A DNA stretch of 64,000 nucleotides from positions 5,762,792 through 5,826,791 of the forward strand of contig MU058384.1 of NCBI GenBank assembly GCA_013265495.1, written 5' to 3'. The notes beneath the pieces were generated by a model, which saw only the letters and a program-made list of their open reading frames with translations, was not told the DNA's origin and ran no database searches. The DNA is from Vicugna vicugna (lineage: Eukaryota). Positions 26,101 to 38,416 of this stretch are shown one piece after another. Made by a program: the position numbers and the translations under genes. Every line of letters starts with the position of its first letter. Position 1 is the stretch's first letter.

Positions 26101-29100
26101 ATAAGAAATGCAAACGAGCAGCACGAGAGAGGAGGCAACATCTATATAATTCTGTGTCTATGTTTGTATTATGAGGACACAGTGTGCCATATTTGTTCAT
26201 TTGCACATCTAACTCACCTACTGGACTAATAATTGTGCAGCACAGACTCCTTCTTATTCACATTAGTGTCCCTTGTCCCTAGATCAAGTCGTGGCACACA
26301 GTAGATTACTGGTTGATTTTTGATAAATGAATAACAAATGAAGTTTTTCATATTTGGACACTTTGATAATACATGTACTGTCTTTATTCATCCCAATTGC
26401 TACCTCTAATTCCAATTTCACCTTTCTCAAAAAGTACATTTGAAGTTGCACCTGAGTGAGCAAAATGGAAATGTAACTTCCGTGGGGTGTGAGCAGAAAA
26501 CAACCACCTTATTCTTCCTCTTCACTTCCTTTCATACCTGCGCTGTGGAGGTATTTCTTCTCTGCCTATTGGATAAAATTTAAGGCAGATACCAAGAATC
26601 TTACAATAACTCCCAGAAAAATGTTTTAAAAGATCTCTAGTTACTTCTAACTATAGTCATTGCTTTATTTCAATATCAATATCTTTGGTTCCATGTATAC
26701 TAAAAACTCCAAACTTATTAAGTGAAGACTTCTTTTCCACCCAACTCAGACTGCCCTCGGGCAGTGGGGAAGAGGGGCGTGGTCAGTTTCCTTTCTGTTT
26801 CCTCTCTGCTTTCTCCTCTCTACCGATTGATCTGAGGCTCTAATTGAGGGTGGGTAATGGAGGCTCCAAGCTGACATTTTTCTTGGGGTGCACCTGGGGG
26901 TTCTCCAGAGGCCCCTCATGAGACCTCACAATGCAGTCCCCTGACATGGATAATACATACCCTAACTGAACAGCTGTGACAACTGCTACCCTCAGGACCA
27001 AATCTGGTGGACTTCCCTTGCCTGATACTGATAAGGTTACCTCATTGGGCTGCTCTCTTGTGTAGGGCTCCTTCCAGATGAATTTCATTGCAATCCCCCC
27101 TGTCCACTTGGTCTATGGTATGCTCAAGCATCCCTGAGTACACCAGCTGCCCCATCATAGCCCTCTTTCCTTTCCCTGTCTTCACGTGTGGCTTCACCTT
27201 AGTCTTTTAGCTTTGTCTTTGTATGTATGGCCCAAACATGTTCCTTAACACTAAGAAACACTCATCAAGCTTTCCAAATATGTCTCTGAAGCCCTTCTCA
27301 CTAGGCTTGAATAGAGAGGAAGCAGCCCCCTCATTTCCCCAATGTCTGGGGTCAGGGGAGGAAAAGAGACTCAGCTTGACAGCACTTTTGTTTCAAAGGA
27401 ACTCCCTCTTCAAATTTAACTTCTCACACCCTTTGATGGATGTTAAGATGGGAGGGTCACAGAAGCAGGTTTTAATCACCTTTCTTGCTAGCCTGCACAG
27501 GAGATGCAGCATCTCACTTGGGAAGGTGGGAACATTTACCACATACTATTTTTGACTCGACCTTTTGAGGCTGTCATCAAAACTGAGAGCAAAAGGGTCC
27601 TATTTTAATATCCTATACAAACACAAAAGACAGGGTTCATAGTTAAATGTTGTTTCAAACCCACACTCTTTTTAAAATAAAAGGGTTAGGTTTCTGGTTC
27701 AAAATGTTAAGTGAGTATATGGATTATGAATAAAGAAATACAGGAAGGAAAACCACAGGTAGTGAGTGGACCAGCGATTTTGGCTAATTTTTGGAATACG
27801 GAAAGAAGACTGGGGATTGAATGACACGCCGATCTAAGCGCCCTCAGCAGGCGACAGGAGAGGTGGCAGCTGTTCTCTGACAGCTCTAGGGAAGCTACGC
27901 TCAGCATCTGTAGGTCAGGTGCAGGGTCACACTTAGCGAGCCACTGGCTTTAATGCTAGGGAGGAAAGGAAAACACAGAGAAGTGGTATCTAAGGAAAGG
28001 GATGCCCTATCATGCTGGGTTTAGGGCTCCAAGAGTGGACCCTGGCACATTAGAGTGGGGCCCTAGACTTTTGGTCAACAAAATCAGCCTTATATATTCT
28101 CTCCAGGGCTTCCACCTTAAAGTAGACCCTGTCATCATGGCACACACACGTGCACACATGCACACACCTCCCCTGACAGCATGCTGGTTTCCGAAAGAGG
28201 TTTGTTAGGAGAATAGACCTATTCAGTGCCTTTGGAAACAAAGCCAACGACCTCCATCAGTCAGTCTAACCCTTCACATAGAAACAAGAAAGGACAAGCA
28301 AGGACCACCAGACCACGCCCAAAGGGCTCTGGGCAGACACAAGGGGCTGTCTGCGGTGGAATCAGGAAGGACCCCCATTCTCCCCCATTTGATAGAGACA
28401 TCAGCTTGATCTGTGCAGCCACTGAATGCACAGTGGTCTGGGGCTCCAGCAGGGACACCCTGATTCCTGGGTCTCCTCTTTCGTATAAATTGAGCATGAC
28501 AGTGGTCTTGGATGTGAAAAATAAACATTTTGGCCTGAGGTACTGAGGAATCTGAGCTTGGGAGCTGGTCGTTTAGGAACCTCTTGGGCACTGCCAGTTA
28601 TCCACACCTAGAGAATTTTAGGGCCTGCTATATGAGAAGTTGAATTTGGGTACCAGCCCCCACCCCCTGCGCATGGAGGCAGGAGGAGCACTAACTGATT
28701 ACATAGGAAATTTCAGGCTCTGCCCCTGAAAGGAGTGAACTGCCAGGCTCAGCTAGCTGGTTGCCAGGTAACCAAGAGCAGCTTCCCAAAATTAGTCATC
28801 AAAGGAGAAGGACCAAAAGCAATGAACAGAATGACTAATTCTGGAGAAGTCAAAGTTTACTCAAGGAACCAAAAAGAATTATATTGAAAACAACTTAGAG
28901 ATCAATAACAATAACATCGCCCACCTACCCACCCTCAGAGTGGAAGAGCTGAACTGTCAAAGCGGACTGGCTGGAATCACAGATCTCACCTAGCGCCAAC
29001 CTTCACTAGTAACACAAAGACCACAGGCCAGAAGCACAGATGTGGCACTTTCAGGAGGAGCCCCAGTCTGTCAGACACAGCTTTTAAAATGTCTCTTTCT

Positions 29101-29599
29101 CCCTCATTAGATGAGAGCATTTTGTTTTCAGAGTTCTGAACAAGGTATGTGCTATAGTTGTGTGCCATCCCTTCCCCAGCCAGTCATGCTGCAGAACTCC
29201 ATACAATTCAGGCTTATTTATAATAAACAATCTTGACCTGATGCCTTTATCTCCCTGGAATCCAGTTTAAGTTTTGCTGAAATAGGTCCTCAATATTTTT
29301 TTTTCAGAAGGTAGAATATTAAGGTCTGAGATATGCATGTCTGAGGATGCCTTTATTTTGCCTTCATGTTGGAGTCATGATGTGGGTTGTCATATAACTT
29401 TAGGTTGTCTTCACTGACCACCTTGATGCCTGGGAGCTCTCTCTCTCTCAGACAGTAAATATCATTAACATGTTTGCAAGGAGGTCTGGTCAAGGTCAAC
29501 CACCTCCCTCCAGGCCCCCTCTGTTGGGAGTAGGCCATATTCCTGCTACCAACCTTTCCATCCCAACCATCATCTTTCCTCTTACTGTAAACTGTCTAT

Positions 29600-30140
29600 G
29601 CTCCAATTAAAGTTCAGCCTTCCCACTGGTGCGCCAGATCCTAGGCTCCCTTATCTATTAAAGGTTATTGCTCCTGCTGTTGTCTTCATTCTGTCCTGCA
29701 TCACTTTATTGTTTGCTCTTCTCTACTGGATTACTGCCACCAGCACAGAAACATGCAATAACTTCTCACATCTTAAATAATCTCTCTCGATCCTGCATCC
29801 TTGTCCAACTACTGCCTTTCTGTTTCTCGTAATGGAAAAACTCCTCATAGAGTTGTCTCTTCTTCCTGACTCAAGTCCCTCTCTTCCTATTCTCTTTTGA
29901 GCCCATTCCAAATAGGCTTTTATCCTAATCATTCTACCAAAACTATTCTTGCCAAGGTCACGATGATCCCATGTTGCTAAGTCCAATGGGAGAATGATCA
30001 GTCCTCATCTCTTTTGACTCATTAGTAAATAAAATGTGGTTATAACACTGGTGACCCTACTTCTCTCTGAAACACATAACTCACTGGACGTTCGGGACAT
30101 CATACTAATGTGATGTGGACATACCTACTTCACATCTCCT
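29600..30140 (+). mobile_element. L2 LINE fragment
   Basis: CTCTACTGGATTAC...AAACATGC...CTTGCCAAGGTCAC...TTGCTAAGTCCAATGG...CAGTCCTCATCT. Confidence 0.75.
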
Positions 30141-30279
30141 CCTTCATGGGCCTCTTATTCTCAGGAAGAACAGATGAATAAAGAAGAGAAAATCTTCCAG
30201 ACCATAAATTAAAGGAAAAAAATTAAAAATGAAATCTGTGTGTGAGGGCTTGTGGGGAGTGTGATTAAGGGACCTAGGA

Positions 30280-30842
30280 TGCAGCAGACAGACTCTAGAG
30301 TGACCCCCTTCATGACCCCACCTCCTGGTGTGCACACTCTGGTATAACCTCCTCCTGTTGAGTGTGGACTGAACCTGTTACTTTCTTCTAGTGTACTGAC
30401 TATGGTAAAGGTGATGGGGTGTCACTCCTGTGACTATATTACCCATACAAGACCCTTTCAAGCTACAAACAAGTGCTAGGGTTTCTCTCTCTTCAGCTGG
30501 CCTTGAAAAAGACAACAGCCACATTGGGAGGTCCGCAGGGGCCTCCAGGACCTAAGGGTGGCCTTCAGCCAACAACCCTTCATAAGCTAGGGCTCTCACT
30601 CCAACAGGTGTAGGGAACTGAGTTCTGCCAAACTTGGAAGCAGATTTTACCCCAGTCAAGCCTCCAGATGAGACTGCAGACCAGTTGACATGATTGCAGC
30701 CTTTTGAGACCTTGAGCAGAGAATCCAGCTAAGCTGGGCCAGACTCCCATCCCATGGAAACCATGAGACAGTAAATGTGGTTTGTTTTAAGCTGCTGTTT
30801 AAACTGTAGTCATTTGTCATGCAGCAATAGATAACTAATACA
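30280..30842 (+). mobile_element. MLT1E/F-like MaLR LTR inserted in an old L1 ORF1-like remnant (~30160-31400)
   Basis: CAGACAGACTCTA...CCCCACCTCCTGGTG...GCCTCCAGATGAGACTGCAG...GCAGCAATAGATAACTAATACA; A-rich GGAGTTCCAGAA flank. Confidence 0.8.
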
Positions 30843-33077
30843 GGGAGGATCAACCCAAATTCTGATTCAGTGGGAGTTCCAGAAATAGAAAATAGAGAAA
30901 ACAAAGGGGAGGAAATAATAAATGAAATAGTACAAGAATAATTTTTAAAATATGAAGAAAAATTTAACAACTCAGATGAAAATAGTTGTGAGGGATTAAT
31001 AGGTGGGGAGGAAAAAAAGATTCATGAAATTTCAGAATACCAGAGATAAATAAAAGAGCTTAAGAGATTTTGAGAGAGAGAAAGAAAAATACTACAGTTT
31101 CCCTAAAAAGAAAGAAAATCAGGTGGGCATCCTATTGCTGGATGCCGTTAAATTTCTGCATTATTTTAATCCAGTTATATGCTAATCCACACCAGTTCTC
31201 CAACATGAAGGCAAAATAAATGTATTTCCAGACATGTAGAGCTCAGAAAGTTTCCTACTACTTACCTTCTGAAAAAAATACTGAAGCTATATTTCAGGAA
31301 AACTTAAAATGAATCAAAAGAAGAAGGTATGAGGTCAAGAAAGAAGAGACTAACCCACAGTGAAGACTATGCAGTAAACCTGGAGAGCAACCTGTTCAAA
31401 TTAAAGCCAGACTTCAGGGAAGGTCAGTCGACTCACCTTGATAAATATCATTAAGAAGCTAGATGACCTCAGTGAAGAGGTAAAGGCATATGCTTCTGTT
31501 AGGAAAAGACAAAGATAATCAAAAGATTAAATTAAAAGGAAAACCAACATCTATAAGAAATTCAAGGTTCAAATATCAAGCGATCTAAAATGTGGTATAA
31601 TTCTGAGCAATTGATAGACTGAAAGAAAGAAAGAATTTGATTTTAACATTTGGACATATTTTTTCTCCTAGTGTCACAGCTTTTAGTGACATATGAAAAC
31701 ATTTCTTTATGTATCCCATCTCATGACTTCACTTAGTTCTATAGCAAATAATATATTCATAATCATCCTGTTGTAAATGCTGTATGGTGAAGACCAGTTT
31801 TTAAAATCACTCTATAGACAGATCATGATTATATTCATTAGAGCCAGAGGCATGAAAAATATAAATGCTATAAATATTGAGAATGTAAAAATTCATATAG
31901 TTATAAAAGTTAAAGAGAGACTTGGCAGCGTGTGGAAAAATCCAAGACAGGAACTGAAAATAACTAATGAATTGAGGGGAGAGAGGAGGACTAAAGAGAT
32001 TTGTGTAACTGAAGGAGCAAATGGGGACTGAAATGCATTCTGTACTCTGTTCACCAGCCCCTGTGTGTGACAGGGACAGCTTGGGGCAGCTCTTTCTACT
32101 TTCCATGAGGACTGAGTTTGGCAAGAAGGAGCAGTCCCTCTGGGTGAACCTAGAATCCATTCCTCTGAGATTCTGCCAGCCCTGCCCCCAAATGCTCAAG
32201 ACTGAATATGTTGGGGCAGGTAGTGCTGCTTCCCTAGGTGTGGAATCACGAAATCCCCATTGCCCTCCCAGTTCTGGAGGGAAGCTCTCAAAAACCTCCC
32301 CCACCTACAGTCACTTAGATCTTTTCAACCCTGAGCACTCAGCCCACTGGCTCTCCCTCTTAGGCAGCACAATTCCCCTGGATCAGCCCAGACCCAGGCA
32401 ACACAAAAGCCAGGAGGAGGGGTGTCTTCTGGGTGCCTGGCAACCGCCACTTCCTGCAGCGCCACACAAAGCCGGCTGGCTGGGAACCCAGGGGCCTGGC
32501 CATCTTCTGGGATGGGGGAGGTAAACACACCCGAGCAGCCAGACCGAAACACAAACTGGTATTTTCAGAGAAGCATCTTATATCACTCTCTTCTCTCTCC
32601 TACCTTCCCCCACTATCTGGGAGGCTCTGAAAAGAAAATAATATTCTCTGCTTTGTTATTCCTCCAACATGGCCAGGTCTAAGTATCCCAGGATGTTAGC
32701 CTCCCCATCAGAAGGAGCGTATCAGTTGGTGAAGGATCTTCCTGAGATACAGTCATGACTACCCAGGCTGGGAGCCTGGGTCTGCAGCCAGTGGACAGAG
32801 AGGCAACTGCCCAATTCATTATACATCCCAGGCTTAGAATTTTCTTAGTTTGGTGAAGCCCCTAACAAACCTCAAGTCTGGGGGGGACAGTGTTGGGCCT
32901 AAAGGCAGCCAGAGAGGAAAAGAGTCAGTATTTGACAAAACTAGATCTGGTCCCCTAACTGGGGACCACGTCTTCTTCTTCCTCACTGTTCTTCTTCCCA
33001 TTTGGGGACCCCTGAGGAGTAAAAGGAAAAACTGAAAGAGCCAACTGAGCAGAATTTCTGACTATGTAGAGTGACTC

Positions 33078-33730
33078 TGATACAGGAAAATGTAGGGTGC
33101 AAGAGGTTGGCCAGGTCCCAGATCTCGGTCAAGTCCCTGGGACTCACCCCACCAAGTGAGGATCCTAGGCTTCACGCAGGAAACAGTTAAGGAGTAATCC
33201 ACAGTTGAGTAAAAGTAGATTTATTCAAAGAGATGCACACCCCAGAGACCGAGTCTGGGTCATCTCAGAAGGCCAGAGAGGCCACAAGCTGTAGGGATGC
33301 GTGTTTAGTTTAAAGTAAAAGTAGATATTCACTCCACAGACAGAGGGTGGGCCATCTCAAAAGGCAAGGGAAAAGGCCATGAGGTGCGGGGCTGTTAGTT
33401 TTTATGGGCTCAGTAACTTCATATGCTAACAAGTGGGAGGAGTATTCCAACTACTTTCCAGAAGGGGCTGGGTTTCCCAGGAACTGGCCACTGCCCACTT
33501 TCTGACATTTTATGGTTAGCCTTGGAACTGTTGTGGAACCTTTGGGAGTGTCATTTACCATGCTAGTGTATTACATGAGCATTTGATAAAGCTTGGGGTC
33601 TATTGGAAGTCAAATCTCCCACCATCTTGGGCCTCAAGTTCTACTGGGAGTTGAGTCTTCCACCATCTTGGTGTTAATTGCTGTGTCATTCTTTTAATGG
33701 TTGTGCCCTGTCCCCTTCCCTCCTGTCTCA
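33078..33730 (-). mobile_element. Solo ERV1-like LTR
   Basis: TG...CA ends; TTTATT near 33220 and TTTTAT (antisense poly(A)/TATA); internal duplications (CCACCATCTTGG x2, TAAAAGTAGAT x2). Confidence 0.75.
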
Positions 33731-34589
33731 GTTCCACTCCCTGCTTCCCTCTCTGATTAGCCAAGGTCATTGCAAACACGCCTGCTGTACAGTCATTCCA
33801 GGGTGCAGTCTACCAGAAGAGAAGAAAACATGAGGCCTGTGGGCTTCCCTAAACCCTCAGTGGCTTGCTCTGGATCTTCCCACATTGGGCTAAGCACCCC
33901 TGCGCCTGGTCTTCACTGGGGCCACTGGAGGCTTCCTCCAAGTTGTGGTTCCTTCACTTGGGTTTCAGGCCACTCCTCCAAGGACCAAGTAAGAGCCATG
34001 TCTCTTTGATGGGGTCCAAGACTAGAGGGTACTCTCTGTGCCTTACCATCCTGCCCTGGAGGTCCAGGGGAGGGTGCCTACACCAAGCTCCCTAAAGCCT
34101 GCACAAGGGCTGTCAGGGTTTTTTGTTGCTGTGGTAAATCCCCATGTGTCACAGTAGGCAAAATACGGGCCACTGAAGTCAACTCATCCATGTCTCACTC
34201 CTGTATACATGGAATTGAGCAATCATTTCCTTGCCCCTCCTCAACCCTTTTCCTTCACCTGGTTCAGTGGCTGAGAGAGCAACTGGGGAGGGGAAGGGGG
34301 CACACAAAGTCCCTTGAGGGTGAGTATGCAACAACAGGAGGCACTCAGCTGTCCCCATGCCTGGTTTAAACAAGCAAGTTCTGAACTATGTGTGTCCAAA
34401 TCTCCCAGGTCAAATCCTTCTGTACCAAAGACTCTAATCCAACTTTACAGACACAAGCTTTTTCAACAGCCTTCAGGAGGGGATTTAGAGCATTGACCTG
34501 TGGCATCCTCTGGTTTTTGGTGGGCTGTAAATCCTTTTCTAAAGTTCTCAAACTTTCAGGCACAATGTCTGAGGCAATATTTCTTCAAG

Positions 34590-35130
34590 CAGAGTCCCAA
34601 TTGTACCCAGCCCCCAAATTCATATATTGGAGTTGTAACCCCCAGGACCTCAGCATGTGACTTTACTGGAAATGGAGTCTTTATAGATGTAATTAGCTAA
34701 AAAGAGGTCATTTTGAAGGATGGTGTCCTTATAAAAAGACTTGTGCCCTTATAAATCCAATATGATTAGCATCTTTATAAAAAGAGGACATTTGGGAGGG
34801 AGGTGGATATAGCTCATTGGTAGAACACATGCTTAGCAGGCATGAGGTCCTGGGTTCAATCCCCAGTACCTCCATCGTACATTTGGAGACAGTCACACAC
34901 AGGAAGAACACCATGTGAAGATGGGAGTTATGCTGCCACAAGCCAAGAAACTACCAGAATCTGGGAGAAGGATCTGAACAGAAATCCCCCTCATCCTTCA
35001 GAGGGAGCATGGCCCTGCTGATAACTTGCTCTCAGACTTCTAGCTTCCAGAGCTGTGAGACAATAAATTTCTGTGTTTAAGTCACACAGTTTGGGTACTT
35101 TGTTACAGCAGCTCCTAGCAAACAAATACA
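34590..35130 (+). mobile_element. MLT1B-like MaLR LTR (contains a SINE insertion)
   Basis: CCCCCAAATTCATAT...CCTTCAGAGGGAGCATGGCCCTG...CTGTGAGACAATAAATTTCTG...AATACA. Confidence 0.85.
34796..34878 (+). mobile_element. Tailless vic-1/tRNA-Ala-derived retrocopy nested in an MLT1 LTR
   Basis: tRNA-like head only, ending ACCTCCA-TCGT with no A tail; TSD ACATTTGG (34788-34795 / 34879-34886). Confidence 0.85.
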
Positions 35131-36258
35131 CTTGGGATATTTCACTAGTTAATATCACTTCTGGCCTTGGATATCTGTCACCGTGGCACCACCTACTTAA
35201 TATCACACTTTTCTCAGTCCGGGACCTACGGTCACTTGTTTCCTGATTGATGTCCACCATGGGCTTCCCCCAGCACCAATTCCAACAGCTTAGCCTGTAA
35301 CTCAGGCTGTCTGGTCAACCTGGAAGACACTAGGATTGCTCCCATATTCCTGGAAAAGATTAATTTTTTTAAAAAAATTCAGAATCTGAGACAGGTCTCA
35401 AAGATCCCCATCCACGTCCTTTCCTTTTATGGTGTTCTCCTGGGTTACACAGCAGGGTAGGTCTCCTCAGTAAACGCAGACAAGGCTGTCTTTGTGTTTT
35501 CTCTCTGACGTTTTTGTTGAATGTCTACCTAGCGTCTTCACAGACCTTTCTAAGAATTTTATAGTTTTTTTTTTTAGTATTATTTCAAAATCCACTGGTT
35601 TCCTCCAAATCAGCAATGACTCATGAAAGTCCTCACCCAGCCCTGTTGACCAATTCTCTAAGAGTGTCAAGGCCTTGTCAAGGTATCAGTGGCCTCCAGT
35701 TTTATGGGTTGTAATCAGCCATGGATTGTACAAGAATTCAAACAAATCCTGGAACTCTTTTTCTCATGTAGTTGCTATGAATTTCCTTCTACATCATGGG
35801 GTATAAGAAACGTCACATGTCTCACATCCTATAAATCAACTCTGTGAGTCCCAGTTGGGAGAACTCTCAGTCTCAGTCATTTTGGGACTCTCTTTCTCTC
35901 CCAGGTTGGGTGAATGATGTGGAGTTTTCACATGGTTCACAGAGCTGAGAGGGACCCTCTGGTCACTGGTCAACAATGATCACTGAGGATCACTTTACTT
36001 TACAAGCCCCGTAGTCCCTCTATGGGGTAGCTTCAATGTTTTGGTGCCACACTGGGACTCAGGGATCTGTGCTGAAGTAGTAGTCATGGCCTTTTTAAGT
36101 ACCAGATAGCCATTATGATCATGGCCCTGGCACCCCTCTGGGACCCTCCATGGGAGAGACTGAGGATCCTCACCAATTGTGGTACCACAAGACTCTCTGT
36201 CTCATCTCCAAAGTCTCAAAGCCCTCCATATTAAGGGTTGCTTCTGACTCTTCAGGCC

Positions 36259-36670
36259 TGTACTAAATTAAGTAGTGCCCCCTCATTCATGTCTTTCCTG
36301 GACCCTCAGAATATGACCTCATTTGGTAGTAGGGTCTTTGCAAATGGAATTAGTTAGTTTGAGGTCATGCTGGAGTAAGGTGGGCCCTAATCCAACATGG
36401 CTGGCATCCTTATAAGACGAGCAGAAAGGACACAGACATAAAAGGAGAATGCCAAGTGACAATGAAGAAAGAGGTTGAAGAGATGTATCTTCGAGCCAAG
36501 GAACACCAAGGATTGCCAGCAACCCCCAGACACTGGAAGAAGCAAGAAGAGTTCTTTCCTGGAGTCGTCAGAGAGCACAGTCTTACTGACACCTTCATTG
36601 CAGACTTCTAGACTCCAGAACTCTGAGAGAATGAATTTTTTCTGCTTTAAGCCACCCTGGGAAACTCATA
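36259..36670 (+). mobile_element. MLT1C-like MaLR LTR
   Basis: CTCAGAATATGACCTCATTTGG...GCCAAGGAACACCAAGGATTGCCAGCAACC...GACTTCTAGACTCCAGAAC. Confidence 0.85.
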
Positions 36671-36948
36671 ATGCCCCGGGCACTAGTCCACCTTCCTGCT
36701 GTTTGCTGGACAGTCCAGCACAACACCTCTCCATCAGCCTGGACTCTGGCAAATCAAAAGCCAGGAGGAGGTCACTGCTGCTTCCAGGTTGTCGCTCCAC
36801 AGCTCCGAGATAGGGCACTCCAGACCTCCTTCTCTCTGGAAGCCTGGGCACAGATGGGCTAGGGATGGGGGACATACTCAGTATCTCCATGAATTAGCCA
36901 TATGGAATTCATACAATGTTTGTAAAGTTGTTGGGGGGGTATTCTTGG

Positions 36949-36996
36949 ATGAATCTTTAGATCTGAATGAATCTTTAGATTTGAATGAATCTTTAG
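36949..36996. repeat. 18-bp tandem repeat x2.7 (ATGAATCTTTAGATYTGA)
   Basis: Read directly from the sequence. Confidence 0.9.
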
Positions 36997-37959
36997 TTGG
37001 AATTTTTCCATCTCCAGATATATTTGAACCCCACATATCTACTATCATCACACACCCATGAACAGCTCAAACCCAGAAGTAAGCACACATGAAAAAATGG
37101 TTTCAGCCACTCAAAAGAGCTATCACAGGTCCACACATGTTTCTCACCAGGGGAGGAGCCGAATTACGGAATTATCCCTTCCTTTCTCAGCTGCCAAGCC
37201 TGTTTAATTACACAGATGCTTTTGGTGGGAGGCTGGTGTGTGTGTGGGTAGCTGTTTTTCTTTAGCCTGAGGTCCCTTCCGAGGCTCCTGGAGGGGAGTG
37301 GAGGTGTGGAGAGTGTGACATGCGGGAAGGAGAGGGGTGAGGAGCCACAGCCCCTCAAGCCTCCCTGAGACTCAGGGCTGGTCAGAAGTCAGAATTTACA
37401 AAGAAAGAGGAAAGCTGGCCTCAGGCAGCCCTGCTCTCCTGTCTAAGCCTTTGTCCTGAGCATGTGCACAGACTATGGCTTCAAACTCCCCAGATGTAGC
37501 AGAGAACAGCCGCCACCTTCACCACATCTGTACGCAGCACAGACACAAAGAATAACAGATCAGGGGTGCAGGGCTGGCCCAAGTTAACATCCTACTGTCC
37601 ACCCGCCTGCCTCCCGGTCCAGGAGCCAACTCCTTTCATAGCTGGGCCTCCAGCAGGAGTTCCCTGGGCACATCCCACCCAATCTCATCCCCGACCTCCA
37701 AGTTTTCATTTTTGGTTTCTAGAACTTCCCTGTCTTGGGATGACTGTGGAAATTCCCACTTGCTTCCTGGAGTTGCATCCTTAATTTAAAGAAGTTGAAA
37801 TTCTTCTCTGACCCCAGCAAGACAATGGTATCCACATGCAGTGGACCAGTGTTGGCGCAGTTCCCCAGGCCAGAGTGAATTTAGTCTAGTACCGCACTAC
37901 ATGCAAGACATTCCCAGACGAGTTCAGACTGAGTTTGGTCAAATCCAGCCCAGTTTTTT

Positions 37960-38416
37960 GTGTTTGTTTGTTTGTTTGCTTTTGAGCAGAGGGTATGAAG
38001 ATTTCCTATACTCCTCCATCCCCACTGTCAACATCCCCCACCAGAACGGTACATATGTTACTACTGATGAACCTACACTGATACATCATTTCAACCAAAG
38101 TCCGTGGTTTACATGAGGGTGCACTCAAGGTGCTGCACATTCCATAGGTTTTTGACAAACGTGCAAAGATGTATCCACCATAACAGTATCATACAGAGCA
38201 GGTTCCCTGCCCTAGAACTCCTCTGTGCTTCACCTATTCGTCTCTCCTCCCCCTCAATCCCTGGCAACCAGTGATCTTTTTATATCGCCATAGTTTTGCC
38301 TTTACTAGAATGTCAAATAGTCGGAATCATACAGAATGGAGCCTTTTTAGATGGCTTCTTTCATTTGGTAATATGTGTTTAGGGTTCCTCCATATTTTAT
38401 CATGACTTGATAGTTC
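37960..38416 (-). mobile_element. L1MC1/2-like 3' UTR fragment
   Basis: AACATCCCCCACCAGAACGGTACATATGTTAC...GATGAACCTACACTGATACATC...GGCAACCAGTGATCT. Confidence 0.8.

Noticed and set aside
31807..32524. Overlapping 165-aa and 167-aa ORFs
   Set aside because: No recognisable homology or splice context; they lie in decayed repeat-like sequence.
35280..37100. Possible ERVL-class internal (gag/pol) remnant around the MLT1C
   Set aside because: The texture is suggestive, but I could not recover diagnostic protein motifs, so it is not listed as a feature.
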